From Octopus vulgaris (Eukaryota): 64,000 nt of DNA. The DNA lies in contig OX597822.1 in the NCBI GenBank assembly GCA_951406725.2, positions 7,812,001-7,876,000 of the forward strand, in the 5' to 3' direction. The translations under genes and the position numbers were made by a program. Below, in pieces: positions 1-13,439 of this stretch (positions are counted from its first letter, which is position 1; every line of letters starts with the position of its first letter). The notes under the pieces are model-generated. The model did no database searches and had not been told where the DNA came from. It saw only the letters and a program-made list of their open reading frames with translations.

Positions 1-110
1 CAGAATATTTGCTGTAGCCCGTCTTTTATACCAAGACAAAAGATTGTACATGATAACACTTAGAATCAGTTAAGATCAGAAGCGACGAAAGCCATTCCCT
101 GGTGTTGCAT
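1..110 (+). mobile_element. Probable 3' end of a LINE-type repeat running into an (ATT)n tail
   Basis: Non-coding segment ending ...ctggtgttgcattt directly followed by an ATT microsatellite; family not identified. Confidence 0.35.
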
Positions 111-207
111 TTATTATTATTATTATTGTTGTTGTTGTTGTTGTTGTTATTATTATTATTTTTATTTTTATCATTATTATAAATATTATTATTATTATTA
201 TTATTAA

Positions 208-238
<31 letters not shown>

Positions 239-283
239 ATTATTATTATTATTATTATTATTATTATCATTGTTATTTTCATT

Positions 284-339
<56 letters not shown>

Positions 340-413
340 CATCATTATTATTATTATTATTATTATCATTATTATTATCATTATCATTAATATTATTATT
401 ATTATTGTTATTA

Positions 414-471
<58 letters not shown>

Positions 472-484
472 CATTAATATTATT

Positions 485-558
<74 letters not shown>

Positions 559-577
559 CATCATGATCATTATCATA
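111..577. repeat. Imperfect (ATT)n/(ATC)/(GTT) microsatellite
   Basis: Directly visible; source of the poly-N/I/L ORFs. Confidence 0.97.
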
Positions 578-732
578 TTTACTTGAACGCCACACATCCA
601 CTTCCAAGCATATCTTAACCTTTTTGTTGCAACTGTAACTCTATACCGTTTCCTGCCACATCCTTCTCCCCTTTACCGCTTTCTTTCTCACTAATTCCCT
701 TCCACTTTTTCTCTTTTTCTCTCACACGTTAC

Positions 733-1132
733 CTATTTCTTTACTACCCACAAGGGGCTAAACACAGAGGGGACGAACAAGGACAGACTTAAGTATTAAG
801 TCGATTACATCGACTCCAGTGCGTAACTGGTACTTTATTTATCGACCCCGAAAGGATGAAAGGCAAAGTCGACCTCGGCGGAATTTGAACTCACAACGTA
901 ACTATTTCTTTACTACCCACAAGGGGCTAAACACAGAGAGGACAAACAAGGACAGACAAACGGATTAAGTCGATTATATCGACACCAGTACGTAACTGGT
1001 ACTTAATTTATCGACCCCGAAAGGATGAAAGGCAAAGTCGACCTCGGCGGAATTTGAACTCACAACGTAACGCAGACGAAATACCGCTAAGCATTTCGCC
1101 AGGCGTGCTAACGTTTCTGCCAGCTCGCCGCC
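733..1132 (-). mobile_element. tRNA-derived SINE family A, tandem (full copy plus 5'-truncated unit)
   Basis: Head ggcggcgagctggcagaaacgttagc...gagttcaaattcc (A/B-box-like); 3' part duplicated (733-900, 902-1132); flanking direct repeat ttttctctcacacgt[t/a]acc as TSD. Confidence 0.9.
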
Positions 1133-1620
1133 TTTTCTCTCACACGTAACCATCGTTTTTTTTCCTGCACGGACGTTCTAAGGACTGGACTCGTCTATCT
1201 CTCTCTTCTATCTTTTCAGTTTTGAAAGAAAATATTTCCTCCAACGTTCACTATCTTTCCCCTGGTTCTGGTCTAACGACCCTCCATGACTGTTTTCGTC
1301 CCGTTTACCTGCATGTCTCCACTCTCCTGTTTCTGTTCCCAAATTTATCACACTCTGTCGGCCTTATTACACTCTGTGTCACGATGAATCTCACTCAGAA
1401 CTACGTTAAGGGTACACGGGATTGTCTAATGCTCACCCACTTGCTTGTTATTTACACGAGCAAGCTGTTCCGTTGATCATATCAGCTGGGCACCTCGTCG
1501 TCGTAACCGACGGAGGGTACCTGTGCGTGGGTGTGTGTATGTATATATATATATATGTATATATATATATTTATACAAATGCGTTTATGTGCATGTGTAT
1601 ATATATGTATTTATACACAG

Positions 1621-1690
<70 letters not shown>

Positions 1691-1858
1691 GCAAGGAAAA
1701 ATTGTAAAAATGCAGAATGCTCGATTGAAAGAAAATTTTAATGAAATGAGAAAATGAAAAAATATATAAATATATATATTTATATATTTTTTCATTTTCT
1801 CATTTCATTAAAATTTTCTTTCAATCGAGCATTCTGCATTTTTACAATTTTTCCTTGC
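1691..1858. repeat. Perfect 168-bp palindrome inside (TA)n/(CA)n
   Basis: gcaaggaaaaattg...caatttttccttgc centred at 1774/1775; ORFs 1571..1795(-) and 1754..1999(+) share an identical N-terminal 35 aa. Confidence 0.95.
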
Positions 1859-1903
1859 TTATCATTTCTCCACGTGCGGTCAACACAACCCCACCATTTA
1901 TTG

Positions 1904-1979
<76 letters not shown>

Positions 1980-2340
1980 TTCCAGTTCTGAATATCTGAA
2001 ATTCTTGTTATCTTTCATATATATATATTTTTTATTTTAATTTATTGTATTTTATTTTATCTAGTTCCAGCTCACGCGCTGTGGCCATGCTGGGGCACCG
2101 CCAATCATATTTGTTTAATTCTGAGCTACGAAAGGTCTTCGCATATTTTTGTCGGTCGCAGTATGTAATTCCTGGTGAGGAATCTAATTTGTATTTCATG
2201 ATGAAATTTTCGTCTTTGTCATTGGAATTAATTTGACTCCGAAACAATTTGTAGAATGCATAATGGTTCTGTACCAACTTGGATTTGAATGGAATTAAAG
2301 TTCATCTACACTTACATGTTTTCCTTTCCTTATACTCATT

Positions 2341-2393
<53 letters not shown>

Positions 2394-2396
<3 letters not shown>

Positions 2397-2813
2397 CTCT
2401 TTTATTATTTTACTTGTCTCAGTCATTTGACTGCGGCCATGCTGGAGCACCGCCTTTAATCGAGCAACTCGACCCCGGGACTTATTCTTTGTAAGCCCAG
2501 TACTTATTCTAACGGTCTCTTGGGCCGAACCGCTAAGTGACAGGGACATAAACACACCAGTATCGGTTGTCAAGCAATGCTAGGGGGACAAACACAGACA
2601 CGCAAACACACACACATACACATACACATACATATATATATACATATATAACACGGGCTTCTTTCAGTTTCCGTCTACCAAATCCCCTCACAAGGCTTTG
2701 GTCGACCCGAGGCTATAGTAGAAGACACTTGCCCAAGGTGCCACGCAGTGGGACTGAACCCGGAACCATGTGGCTGGTAAACAAGCTACTTACCACACAG
2801 CTACTCATGCGCC
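2394..2813 (-). mobile_element. tRNA-derived SINE family B with internal (TA)/(TG) tract
   Basis: Head ggcgcatgagtagctgtgtggtaagtagcttg...gggttcagtccc; tail gtaaaagagta; near-identical copies at 19562, 31008 and 52626. Confidence 0.9.
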
Positions 2814-4680
2814 TATATATATATATATATATACATACACACACACACACACATGTATATAATATTGCTTCTATATTTTTGGGGGTTGCAGCCTTCCTAT
2901 GAGTGGTGTGAAATATATTTACATAGACATACACGCACACACAGTCATACAAACACTAGAAGTTTTTGCAAGCCTACTAAGCAAAAATGGTCAAGAAGTG
3001 CTATCATGCTGGGAGCAAAGACCTGACAAAAAGGTGCTTTTCAGACAGCGCAACACGTGGCCTCTGTTTTCAATGCTAGGTTGCCTTTGTTGTAATTTGA
3101 CGCACAAAGCAAATAAGTTACCAAAATATTGCAAAAGCATTTGAACGAACTCAATGAAATGACTGCTTGCATTTCATTGTCACTTCATGTGGCCATACTG
3201 ACGTGACACAATTTGTGATATATTTGTTTATTTCATTTGATTCCCATGGTCCTCTGCCAGTGCTTAGTTTTTTTTAAGGAATCGAAGGAAACGTACTGAA
3301 AATTACGCTCCCATTTGTTATTCTGTTTCTATAAACATTTGTAGGGAATTATATAACTATTTTAGCGAATTTAGCTCTGATTTATAAATCTAGGATTTCA
3401 GGCGAATTTCCTATTTGTGACAATTTGCACGATTACATGAATTTATTAGCATATAGAATATTTTATCTTGTATTGAATGAATTTAGCAGTTTCACAACAT
3501 AAGTTGAATTTTTTTGTATACAGAGTATTACCTTTGGCATCAGGTATAATGAATGATATTACATTTAAATGTTATATTTTAAAATTATGTAGAAACTACT
3601 CAAGTGATTCTGTCACCAAATGTAATACTCATCAGATGGGATATCTCATTAAAAGCATTTTCAGACTTTAGCCAATTGCAGTTATTACCTACTTGACATT
3701 AAATTAATGTAGTAACGCCAAATTGGTTTCGATGTTAATCTCATTAAACAGGAAATCATTTTATAATTCTCCATAATACCATATTGCACTGCGTTAAATA
3801 TCCTACAAATTAGAGTTGCCTAAAATCGATTGTTACTCTATTTTACATATTCCCCAATGTATCGCAAAGGTGTGGAAAATGGTGTCATTTACAACGACGC
3901 AGGTTTGTAAGGTGTAGGGGGATCACTCGTTCATTTCATTCCTGTTGAGGAATGTGAAAAGAGATAGTTGTAACTCGTTGCAATGGCAGTATTAAAACCG
4001 CCCTTATTTGTGTATTATAATATCCTTGTGCAGACATATAAGTAGGTATTACATGTCAGCATAGCCTTTACATTTTAACCCACTTACATATATTTCTATA
4101 TACAACGAGCTTGTATGTACCCGTGTACAAAATTCCAGTCTCAAGTTATTGGTCCAACAAAAGGTGTTAGCAGATGTAATTTGGAACCACGTCGTTGCAC
4201 AGCTAACATCTTAAACATGTATCATCTAGTCGTCTACGAACTTATATATAAACCAATGGGTTGATTGCTGCATGCGACAAAATGACATACATCACGTTGT
4301 AGATGTAAAAAAACGATATATTATATAGCTTAAATATTTCTAGTAAAGACTTGAAGTAATTTGATTTAGCAAATTCCTGATTAATTGCGAACAACACAAA
4401 AAATTAAATTGAAATAAAATTTTCTGGCACTCAACTGAACATATCAAGAATATCTGAAGTCGAAGAATATTAAAAGCAGATAGAATCTGTTGCGGGTAAT
4501 CTGTAGAGTTTTCATTCATTAAGTAAACAGCCTCATTTGAGTGAATCATTCTTATGGGAATTTTAAACAAAAATCGGTCGGATATATAATTCAATATTTC
4601 AATATTCATTTTTAAAAATCGTTATTTTCACTGTGTATATTAAGATCTGAGAATCAATTCGGTTCTCGTTACACACAGTA

Positions 4681-4684
<4 letters not shown>

Positions 4685-4746
<62 letters not shown>
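4685..4746. repeat. (GT)n microsatellite
   Basis: Directly visible. Confidence 0.97.
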
Positions 4747-4747
<1 letters not shown>

Positions 4748-4864
4748 TGCGTGTTTGTGTTTATATTGTATTGCAAATATATCCCTCGGACAGGAATCAT
4801 AATTCGTGCCTTCTAGTCACATCGTAATGCAGTAATTTATATTCATTATCCCATAGCAAATATA

Positions 4865-5095
4865 AGGCGACTACCTGATAGAATTGTTCGCACGTCGGCC
4901 AAGGTATTTAGAAACATTTCATCTGCCTTTACTTTCTGAGTTCAAATTCCGCCAAACTCGACTTTGTATTTCATCGTTTCGTGACCGATAAAATAAGTAC
5001 CAGACATCTAAGGTTGATGCGGTCAGCTAGCCTCTCCCCATAATTTCAGGTATTTTGCCAATTCTACAAAAGATTGTTAGTTACTAAAAGCAGGT

Positions 5096-5147
<52 letters not shown>

Positions 5148-5340
5148 GGTATTAAATTTTGGGACAAGGCCAACTGTTTCAGGAGTTGGGTTAAATGATT
5201 ACAACGACCCCAGTGTTCAACTGGAACTCATTCTATCGACCCTAAAAGAAGTCGACCCTAGGCGAGAACATAAAAATAGGCGAAATGCCTTTAGGCATTT
5301 TGCTCTGAATGCTAATGATTCCACCAGGTTGCTGCCTTAT
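4865..5340. mobile_element. Two old, diverged family-A-like SINEs in opposite orientation (4865-5070 +, 5150-5340 -)
   Basis: ttctgagttcaaattccgcc...gataaaataagtaccag core recognisable. Confidence 0.65.
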
Positions 5341-6039
5341 TCTGCATCTGTATATCAAGATATTACAACGTATGGAATTCCTAATTGAATTTGGTAGTTA
5401 ATTACTATTTTTAAGTTATAGAAGTACCCTGTCGGATTTCCGTTACAACTAATGTTTATACTAGTGAGTAAATCAACTGATTCACTTGATATCAGTTCAG
5501 TACCTGAATAAAATCTGCATAGTCATGTAATTTGAATCAATTCTACTTCCTTGAAGCGTCTTCAGAGAAGAACAAGTCTGAACAACAGCGTGAAAATTCC
5601 TGCTGTTTGCTTCTAATGATCTAATTTTCAGAAGTATTTACCACCGTGTAAATGTATATTATCGTTTATATGGTATAAGCAATTCATTTATTTAGAAACG
5701 TTTCTGTATGCTTTATATAAATTACATAATATAACTTAGAGATATGCGTGTCTAAATTATTTCGTATACAATTGTGTAAGTTCTATAGACTTTTACAACA
5801 ACAGTACTGTTCACATATATATTCACACATGTGTGAGATGTTAGTTGTCAAGAAAATTACTTAGCTTTATTTTATTGTCTCTTGTCTCCCTCGAAAATGC
5901 ATTCTGAGAGATCCATAACAATCTAAACTCAAACTGAAAACTCAATAATATCCCTCAATATTCTCTTTCACTGAATCAAATACAAACACACATGCATGTG
6001 TATTGTGAAAAGCAATCTTAGATTTTACTTATTAAATTA

Positions 6040-6425
6040 CTAGCAGTATCGCCCGGCGTTGCTCAGGTTTGTAAGGGAAATAACTATAAAGCATTTTTAG
6101 AGAGTTATAGCCAAAAAATAGCAAAAAAATGGAAAAAAAAATTATGGTAAATTTTTTTTGAGAGTTAAAACAGGTGGAGTTGCGTCCCCTAGACGGTCTG
6201 TGGTTTGGGTTTCTCATTCTCGACCCCATGTCGAATTTATCGATTTTTTTCAGAACTGGGGGAACTTTTCAAAATTTTCGCTGCGTTAGTTTTGAATTAT
6301 GACATTGGGCTATGTGTGTGTCAAGTTTCATCAGAATCGGTTGAAAGCCGTGGTCAGGGTGAGGGTACGAGAAAACAGACACACAGAAACACGCACAGAC
6401 AAACTGCCGTTTATATAGAGAGAGA
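6040..6425 (-). mobile_element. Non-autonomous Helitron-like element
   Basis: Minus strand starts TC(tctctatata) and ends CTAG(T), preceded by the GC hairpin cctgagcaacgccggg; sits between A and T with no TSD; related pieces at 13190-13425, 20893-21135 and 50435-50497. Confidence 0.75.
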
Positions 6426-6644
6426 TTTAGAGTATGAAATCTAGAAATAAGCTATTAATCATCAATAATAGACGTGAGTGATGAGAGCAAAGAGCTAAGT
6501 TATTTGTTTTAGAAGATAGGATGCAACCAGCATTATTATGATAAGTATACGGCTTATAGTTTTAAAAATGTGTTGTAGCTAATTATCCAATTAAAAATAT
6601 TGGATAACTAATATATTCCTAGTACAATATAAGTAGTTGTTCTT

Positions 6645-7230
6645 AGGCGGTGAGCTGGCAGAGTCGTTAGCACGCCCGGCGAAATGCTTAGCGGTAGTTC
6701 GTCTGCCACTACGTTCTGAGTTCAAATTCTGCCGAGGTCGACTTTGCCTTTCATCTTTTCGGGGTCGATTAAATAAGTACCAGTTACGCACTGGGGTCCC
6801 ATATAATCGACTTGATCCGTTTGTCTGTCCCTGTTTGTCCTCTCTGTGTGTAGCCCTTTGTGGATAGTAAAAAAAAAAAGGTATTTCGTCCGCCGCTACG
6901 TTCTGAGATCAAATTCCGCCGAGGTTGACTTTGGCTTCCATTCTTTCGGGGTCGATAAATTAAGTACCAGTTACGCATTAGTGTCGATGTAATCGACTTA
7001 ATCCCTTTGTCTGTCCATGTTTGTTTCCTCTATGTTTAGTACCGTGTGGGCAATAAAGAAATATGAAACGTTAGTACACCGGGCGAAATATCTTTAAATT
7101 CCGGTGAAGTCGACTTTGACTTTCATCCTTTCGGGGTTGATAAATTAAGTATCATTTTCTACTGGGGTCGCTCCAATCGCTGTCTCCACTGCCCAAACAT
7201 TTCAGGCATTGAGCTTACAGTAGAAAAGAA
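6645..7230 (+). mobile_element. SINE family A tandem trimer
   Basis: Full head at 6645; second unit restarts at gtatttcgtc (6881); third, more diverged unit from ~7065. Confidence 0.88.
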
Positions 7231-7662
7231 TATAAATAGTTATTTTTCTAAGAAAAAAGCATATAATGTAAATGGAATTATGGCAGTTCATTCACATAAT
7301 TGCTGGAATATAAAAGTAAGATATGTTACAGTCTATACATATTGATTAAAATCAGAACCTCATTAAAGAGAAATTAGTTGAGGCGACAGGACACGTATTG
7401 AGAGTTGATTCCTGCGAGGGATGAAATGAAAATGTTTGTTATTATAAGCTATAGAAGCATGTAATTAAATATTAGATTCGGTTTAATCATCATTTGCATG
7501 CGGGGGAAAAACAATTTATTGATTGGTGTATTTATGATAGGAAACAGAACAATAATTCTAGGGCGTGAGCCCAAACTAATGTTGACACGCACATATGTGC
7601 ACGTACATATACACACGCACACACACACACACACTCACACACACTCACACACACTCACACAC

Positions 7663-7701
<39 letters not shown>

Positions 7702-7761
7702 AATGCAGTGACTGGTATTCTTACACAAAAAGAAAAAAATATATATATAATGTATGTCTGC

Positions 7762-7813
<52 letters not shown>

Positions 7814-9089
7814 TCGCATGCATGTGTATATCTATCTATATATATAAAACTGAACTTGAGTGTATGTGTGTTTAACTTCCCGGCACATCTCCTCCTAGCC
7901 AACAAATCGTAGAACCACCAAAAATGGGTCACTTAAAGTTTAGGCAAATGAAAATTGAACTGCGCTATTTCAGTTCCGAAATTCATCTCGCAAGTGCAAA
8001 AATCAATAATGTGTTTGTTTAGGCCTTATCCCATGCATTGAATAGTGAACTTTACTCAGTCAGCTGTTTGATATGAACTGTTTGATATTATATATATATA
8101 ATTACTTGTGTACGTACTTCCAATTCATATTTTAAGATAGAAAAATGAAAGCTAGAAGCTTAGAAATAGTTTAGAAATAGGACTGCCGAATATATAGGAA
8201 CATGGATAACTCCCATAAGGTATAGTGACGAAATAGGAACGTAAAATATTTCAATGATCATAAAAAATATACAAGAAAATATATAGCTTAAATACCTAAC
8301 CGATCCTTCTGCCGTTTTCACGGCGCTCGGAATATTACCTTATTGTCTGTATAATGCGATACACACGCGACGCTTCCAAAACCAAAATAAGTAGACCGTT
8401 GTCAGTGGGTACTTTAGCATAATGGTAGATTACTTAGGCGATGTACGAGGGGTGCGGGCTCGTGTCACGTGGCTGCTTGTTGACTCTTGTTTCCATCTTA
8501 TAAGGGTAATAATAATGATTTTTCTGCTGTTTATATGCCTATACTGAGTGGAAATATTACCATTTTGTAAATGTTGTAAAATCACATATACATCCCGAAC
8601 GCCGAACGCCCCAGATATAATAACCTTAACTATACAACGAAAGAAATAATTCTCTCTCTCTCATCACTGAAGTTAGTTACGAGAAAGATATACTCCCTAG
8701 AGTGACACTAGAGTGTCACATAGAATTTTATTTAGTCCTAGTATACGAACTATTGTTTCGAGCCAGAACCGATCGCTGCGCAAATTCTCCTGGCTCCTCT
8801 CTCTGCTTATTAAATCGCATCTGTGTTCACGTAGAAAGCTCACAGATTCAATTCAGATACACAAAAGAACAGTAAAGATATTTTCAGTCTCGAGGTAATT
8901 TCTCTCTGCACCTCTACGCTTGCCTTCAAAGATGTTGACCTGAAAAGACTATACTACCATATCCAGCCGCCACTTCTACGATTTAACTGCAGTAAATATT
9001 CATCAACATCTTTACACATTCTTACGAACACGTACCGTAATTTCATTCAAAATACCTACAAAAGTCCTCTTCCAACAACCAGAGCAACC

Positions 9090-10400
9090 AGTCTTTCTGC
9101 CGTGATTACCACGACAGAAATGATCGGGGGTGTGAGCTATCAACATCTGCAGTCCCCTCTCTACTTTACTAACTACATGGAAGACATACTTATTGTAAAG
9201 ACTGTTTCATTGAGGATAACTCAGTCTTGACAAACGCATATTTTGACTTTGAACAACCCAACGATTAAGGTTTTATGCCACCAGCAGACTTTGTCCTTAA
9301 CATTTCAGAAGAAAAACAGAGTATCACTCAATGCTGCAAGTAAATAGTCTGCAGTAACATGTGAGACTTTACATCAACTCTCTCCCACCACACGAAGCTC
9401 AACTGCAGAAAAGAATTATTTTACATTCGTAAGAGATAAGATCAACTAAGAGATTTATACTACACATTTCCAAACAATTTTGAAGCTTAAATAATAGCTC
9501 ACATACACCACAGCGAATAACATTTCCTGCATCATCACTTCTTAATGGGCCTATATCAATTCGGAGAAGGCCTTTAGTATTCGCCTGGCCCATTCTGGAC
9601 CGTCCGATGTCGTGTTCATGCTTAAAAAACCAAATCCTATCAGCTTGCGTATGCTCCCCGCACAATCTGTGACACAAATATATATCTAGTGCCTATCTAG
9701 AGTACCAATCAAAATGGAATACTTATGCCAAATGCCGAAATTCATAATAGGAGAATCCATTTCGGCTACTGACTGAAATATTTGTGTCATAAAACACAAG
9801 GAAGATCTTACTACAAAACCAAAGTGTATGGCGCAAATTGGTATTTTAAGACAGTTGACCACACAAACAACAACATTGTACATGTCTCCTTAGCATTCTA
9901 CTGATTTCTCAGACTTATTCACCACATCAGTACCACAGCTAAGTGCAACATTGATGTTCTTATTCTTACAACTTTGCATATATAAAAAAAAAAATTTTCA
10001 TCACAATTTTAATTAAATCTTCAAAAGACTACAATTGGGAATTTATACAGTTCTCCTGTCGGTTCTGACCCTGTTGGTAACCCCACTGGAACGCCTCCGT
10101 TAAAATGGAACACACTGTTCACGAGTTTATTTCCGCTTCGTGAGTAATTTCCTGAATTGTTACATGACGGTCTTTCCTGAGTATTCGCCAAACATTCTGA
10201 ATCGGTTTCCCGTTTCGGTCTGTGGATGGCTTGTCTCAGTGTGCCTCTATCTCCAATGAGGCGCGACCACATTTGAAACTGTTGTACCACACAGAATCTG
10301 ATCTTTACGAAAGGCATCATTGCCAAAACCTGCTGAAGTTTCTGGATGTTTTAAACTTTTAATACCTCCAACTTTTCGACAAAACCTGATGCAATATCTC
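9090..10400 (+). mobile_element. Probable decayed Gypsy-type LTR retrotransposon gag/pol region
   Basis: Frame-broken fragments (MIGGVSYQ; LPPHEAQLQKRII; KAFSIRL; FPELL...AKH; KGII) resemble the gag-protease-RT linker order; weak, by eye. Confidence 0.35.
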
Positions 10401-10479
10401 TGCTTGATGTGATCGATGAAAAGGAAAATACAATGGGCGGTCTGCCGGCAGGGAGTATCTCATTCGGTATGCAATATAC

Positions 10480-10548
10480 ATTCCGATCCGGGAATCGAAC
10501 ACACTACTTCATGGTTATGACCACGACACTCTAACCACTGAGTTATTC
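10480..10548 (-). mobile_element. Isolated tRNA-like SINE head fragment
   Basis: aactcagtggttagagtg...gttcgattcccgg (A and B boxes); poor cloverleaf. Confidence 0.5.
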
Positions 10549-10974
10549 ACTTTTACCAGAAGGTATGTAGCCTATATATATTTTGAATAATGCTACATTG
10601 TCTTCATTCCGGGAGATTTTCTGCTGCGTATTTTCTGTGCTTAAAATATTCAGTTCATTAGTCAACAGTATTCTGGAAAGATATAGATATGATTCATGTT
10701 ATTCAACATTATTGTACATATAACGCATAACAATTTAATAAAATTATGTATAAATTAGAGAAATTAAATCAGCGATATATATTAAACTACAGTGAACAAG
10801 TTTCATCTTTCCAAATGTTAACTAAACTTTATATAATGTACTAACGCTACACAAAACATGATCTGCTATCGGTGTGTAATCATAATATCTACAAGTTATT
10901 ATTGTGTAGGATAACGACTCGGGACGGGAATGCATTTGATAAATATCAATGTATATGAATACACACACCCATAT

Positions 10975-11126
10975 ATACCTACCTACCTACATACATACAT
11001 ACATACATACACACACATACATACATACATATACACACACATACATACACACACACATACATACATACATACATACATACATACATACGTACATACATAC
11101 ATACATACATACATACATGCATACAT
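10975..11126. repeat. (TACA)n microsatellite
   Basis: Directly visible. Confidence 0.95.
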
Positions 11127-11639
11127 AGAAGGTAACAAAAATTACACACGTTCATACAGACAAACTAATACACACATATGCTTGAATACATGTGAATTTG
11201 CTGATACCATATGATTAAGAAAATAGAAAGGCAACACTCTATTTAGATGTGTTTAAAGGGTGTGAAATACTATTGTGACACCGCTTCATAAATCGCGAGA
11301 GAAGGGAATAACGAGAGTGTGACAATTAGAACAACTGACTTTAATAAATGGAAAGATTCGGTGATCCAACACTAATTGTCATAATAGACAAACTATATAA
11401 CACTCTAGCTTAAGGGCAATATACAATCAATATGAATCCCTGCTTCATAACGATGAAGATCTTGCAGATATACCTGCACTGAAGACAATTATCGACATCA
11501 TCCCGATTTTCATTACCTGAAGTTTTTGTTTCATGTGACTTGTATAATAATTGAACTTTGGAATCTTTTTCTTTTGATCGGCAGGTCGATAATTAATTTT
11601 TTTTAACTAAACACTTTCAAACTTCAGATACTGATTATA

Positions 11640-12830
11640 TCCACAAGGAAACAAAGAGGCGGCTAAGTGGGTGACATGCTGAACCTCTACCGCCCACTAA
11701 AGGTCTTAATAGAATACCATCCTGGTGAATCTTAGGAAGACGGGTGCAAATGTGGTAGTTTAATGTAGTGTTGAGTCAGTTGTCTCTACTTCATTGGTGT
11801 AAAGTGATCCTTGTTCTTGATCAAGATCTGTGACAACTTCCTCTCTGTTTTCAAACTAGGGTCTTACTTTACTTTGCTGTAGCTACCATCATTTATAATA
11901 CTTGCCAGTTTTTTCCGAGTAGACTTGTTCATCACTACTGTAGCATTTCCCTTGTCTGCTGGGAGTATTATGATGGCATTGTCACTCTGTAGTCTTTTGA
12001 TAGCGAACGTTTCTTCCTTAGTGATGTTTGGTTTGGGAAGTTTTGCTTTTTCTAGTATCTGTCTCACTTTCCACCTTAGTTCATCTCCCTGAGCTTTTGC
12101 TATCTTTATGGCTATCTCTTCAATAGGGGCTAACATGTCCAAGTATGGAATGCGCCTGTTGGTTGTCGCAAAGCTGAGACCTTTGTTTAGTACTGCTTCT
12201 TCAGAGCTTTCTAGATCTCGGCTACTTACATTAATTACTGCTTTCACAGGTGAGTGACGGACTTCAGTCTTCATTCTCTAACCTTTCAGTTTCATAAGCT
12301 TCTTATTCTGGCGGGTCTTCACCATTTCATATTCTTTCGTGTATGACTTTTCTAGATCTTGTTGGATTCTCTTTCTATCATCATCTCTGGTCATTTTCCT
12401 AAGTAATGAAGATTTCCTTGTATTGCATTTTCTGGAATTTTATTTGATCTCCTTATTTAATTGATGATTTTTCCAACGGTTGTAATAGATCCTCTCACGG
12501 ACAAGGGAGTGCCCTGCCCTTTTTGCTACTCTTCATTATATTCAAGCCAGGTGGTATTAAATTTGAGTCTCTACATCTACACAGGTAAGTTAGATGGTTT
12601 AAGAGACGAGCTAGATTTTGATGGAGTTTCTCTATATGTCGCCATTGAAGTCTAATGTCAGCTCCGTATCGATTAGATAATACAGTTCTATATTTAAGAG
12701 ATGAGGAATTATGTACATTATTTACATTATTTACAAATGACCGCTTTTTGTCATCATCATATTTGTTGTTAACACAACGTTCCGGCTGATATACCCTCCA
12801 ACCTTCATCAGGTATCTTGGGGACATTTTT
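11640..12830 (-). mobile_element. Penelope-like retroelement, 5' part (pLTR plus N-terminal/RT start), decayed
   Basis: ORF 11864..12274 has VLNKGLSF...KPNITKEE..AIKRL..DNAIIILPADKGNATVVMNK, a PLE signature; upstream NHLTYLCRCRDSNLIPPGL; pLTR at ~12685-12825. Confidence 0.9.
12772..12815 (-). ncRNA. Minimal hammerhead ribozyme motif in the PLE pLTR
   Basis: gatac CTGATGA aggttgg...tcagcc GGAAC GTT gtgtt; family consensus GACAC-CUGAUGA-stem II-GAAAC-GUU-GUGUU. Confidence 0.7.
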
Positions 12831-13015
12831 AAATAAGTAATGCTGTTGGGAGAACGTACAAATTCTGTAAAGACAAAGATATTTACGCACAACAAAACTG
12901 AAATATACATAAGGCAGATGTGGCAAAAGTGAATTTAAATACACTGGGTGAACAAAAATTAAAAATAACTAAATTATTATCTACGACTAAATTTTTACCC
13001 ACTGGGTGAGTTAAA

Positions 13016-13023
13016 GAGAGAGT

Positions 13024-13068
<45 letters not shown>
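13016..13068. repeat. (AG)n microsatellite
   Basis: Directly visible. Confidence 0.95.
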
Positions 13069-13069
<1 letters not shown>

Positions 13070-13189
13070 GTGAAAGACACATACATAGACTAAAAGACAA
13101 GAACTATTAAAGAGTATGAGAGAGAATATGTGTAAGCACGATAAACAAAGAATGAGAAAAAGAAAGAGAAAAGGAAGTGAATCGGTTGG

Positions 13190-13425
13190 AAACTGCAGAA
13201 ATGTTTAGAGAAAATGTATGTAAAACACCGTTTTTCCCGGTTTATCGCTTTAAGCGGGATCTCTGGGGAAAATGTTATAATGCATAACCGCCCTTGGCAC
13301 ATAAGTATTATGTGTGTAAAGTTTGGTGAAAATAGGTTGAAAAATGCATACGTACTACACACATAGACACACACACGCACAAAGACAGGCACACAGAGAA
13401 ATCGTTTGTTATATATATATATATA
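13190..13425 (-). mobile_element. Helitron-like fragment (5' region related to 6300-6425)
   Basis: atgtgtgtaaagtttggtgaaaataggttgaa...acacaca...tatatat parallels 6311-6420. Confidence 0.5.
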
Positions 13426-13439
13426 TATTTTATTAAATT

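Larger units (their letters stand above)
2110..6030 (-). pseudogene. Decayed LRR/TLR-like relic 1, interrupted by SINEs
   Basis: Minus-strand fragments across frames: ISQNAF (~5900), KIRSLEANS (~5610), LLTSINISCN (~5450), ENAFNEISHL (~3650), IHSIQDKIF (~3470), weak TIR-like SPGITYCD (~2165). Confidence 0.4.

Noticed and set aside
26-607. Long poly-Asn/Ile/Leu ORFs (also 46014-46791, 50974-51424, 54450-56301)
   Set aside because: Stop-free frames of trinucleotide microsatellites, with no other coding signal
1422-1999. YIYIYI/THTHTH/CVCVCV ORFs here and throughout the window
   Set aside because: Translations of (TA)n and (CA)n repeats
11272-11500. Possible solo LTR (starts TGTGAC)
   Set aside because: No second copy, PBS/PPT or TSD identifiable in the window
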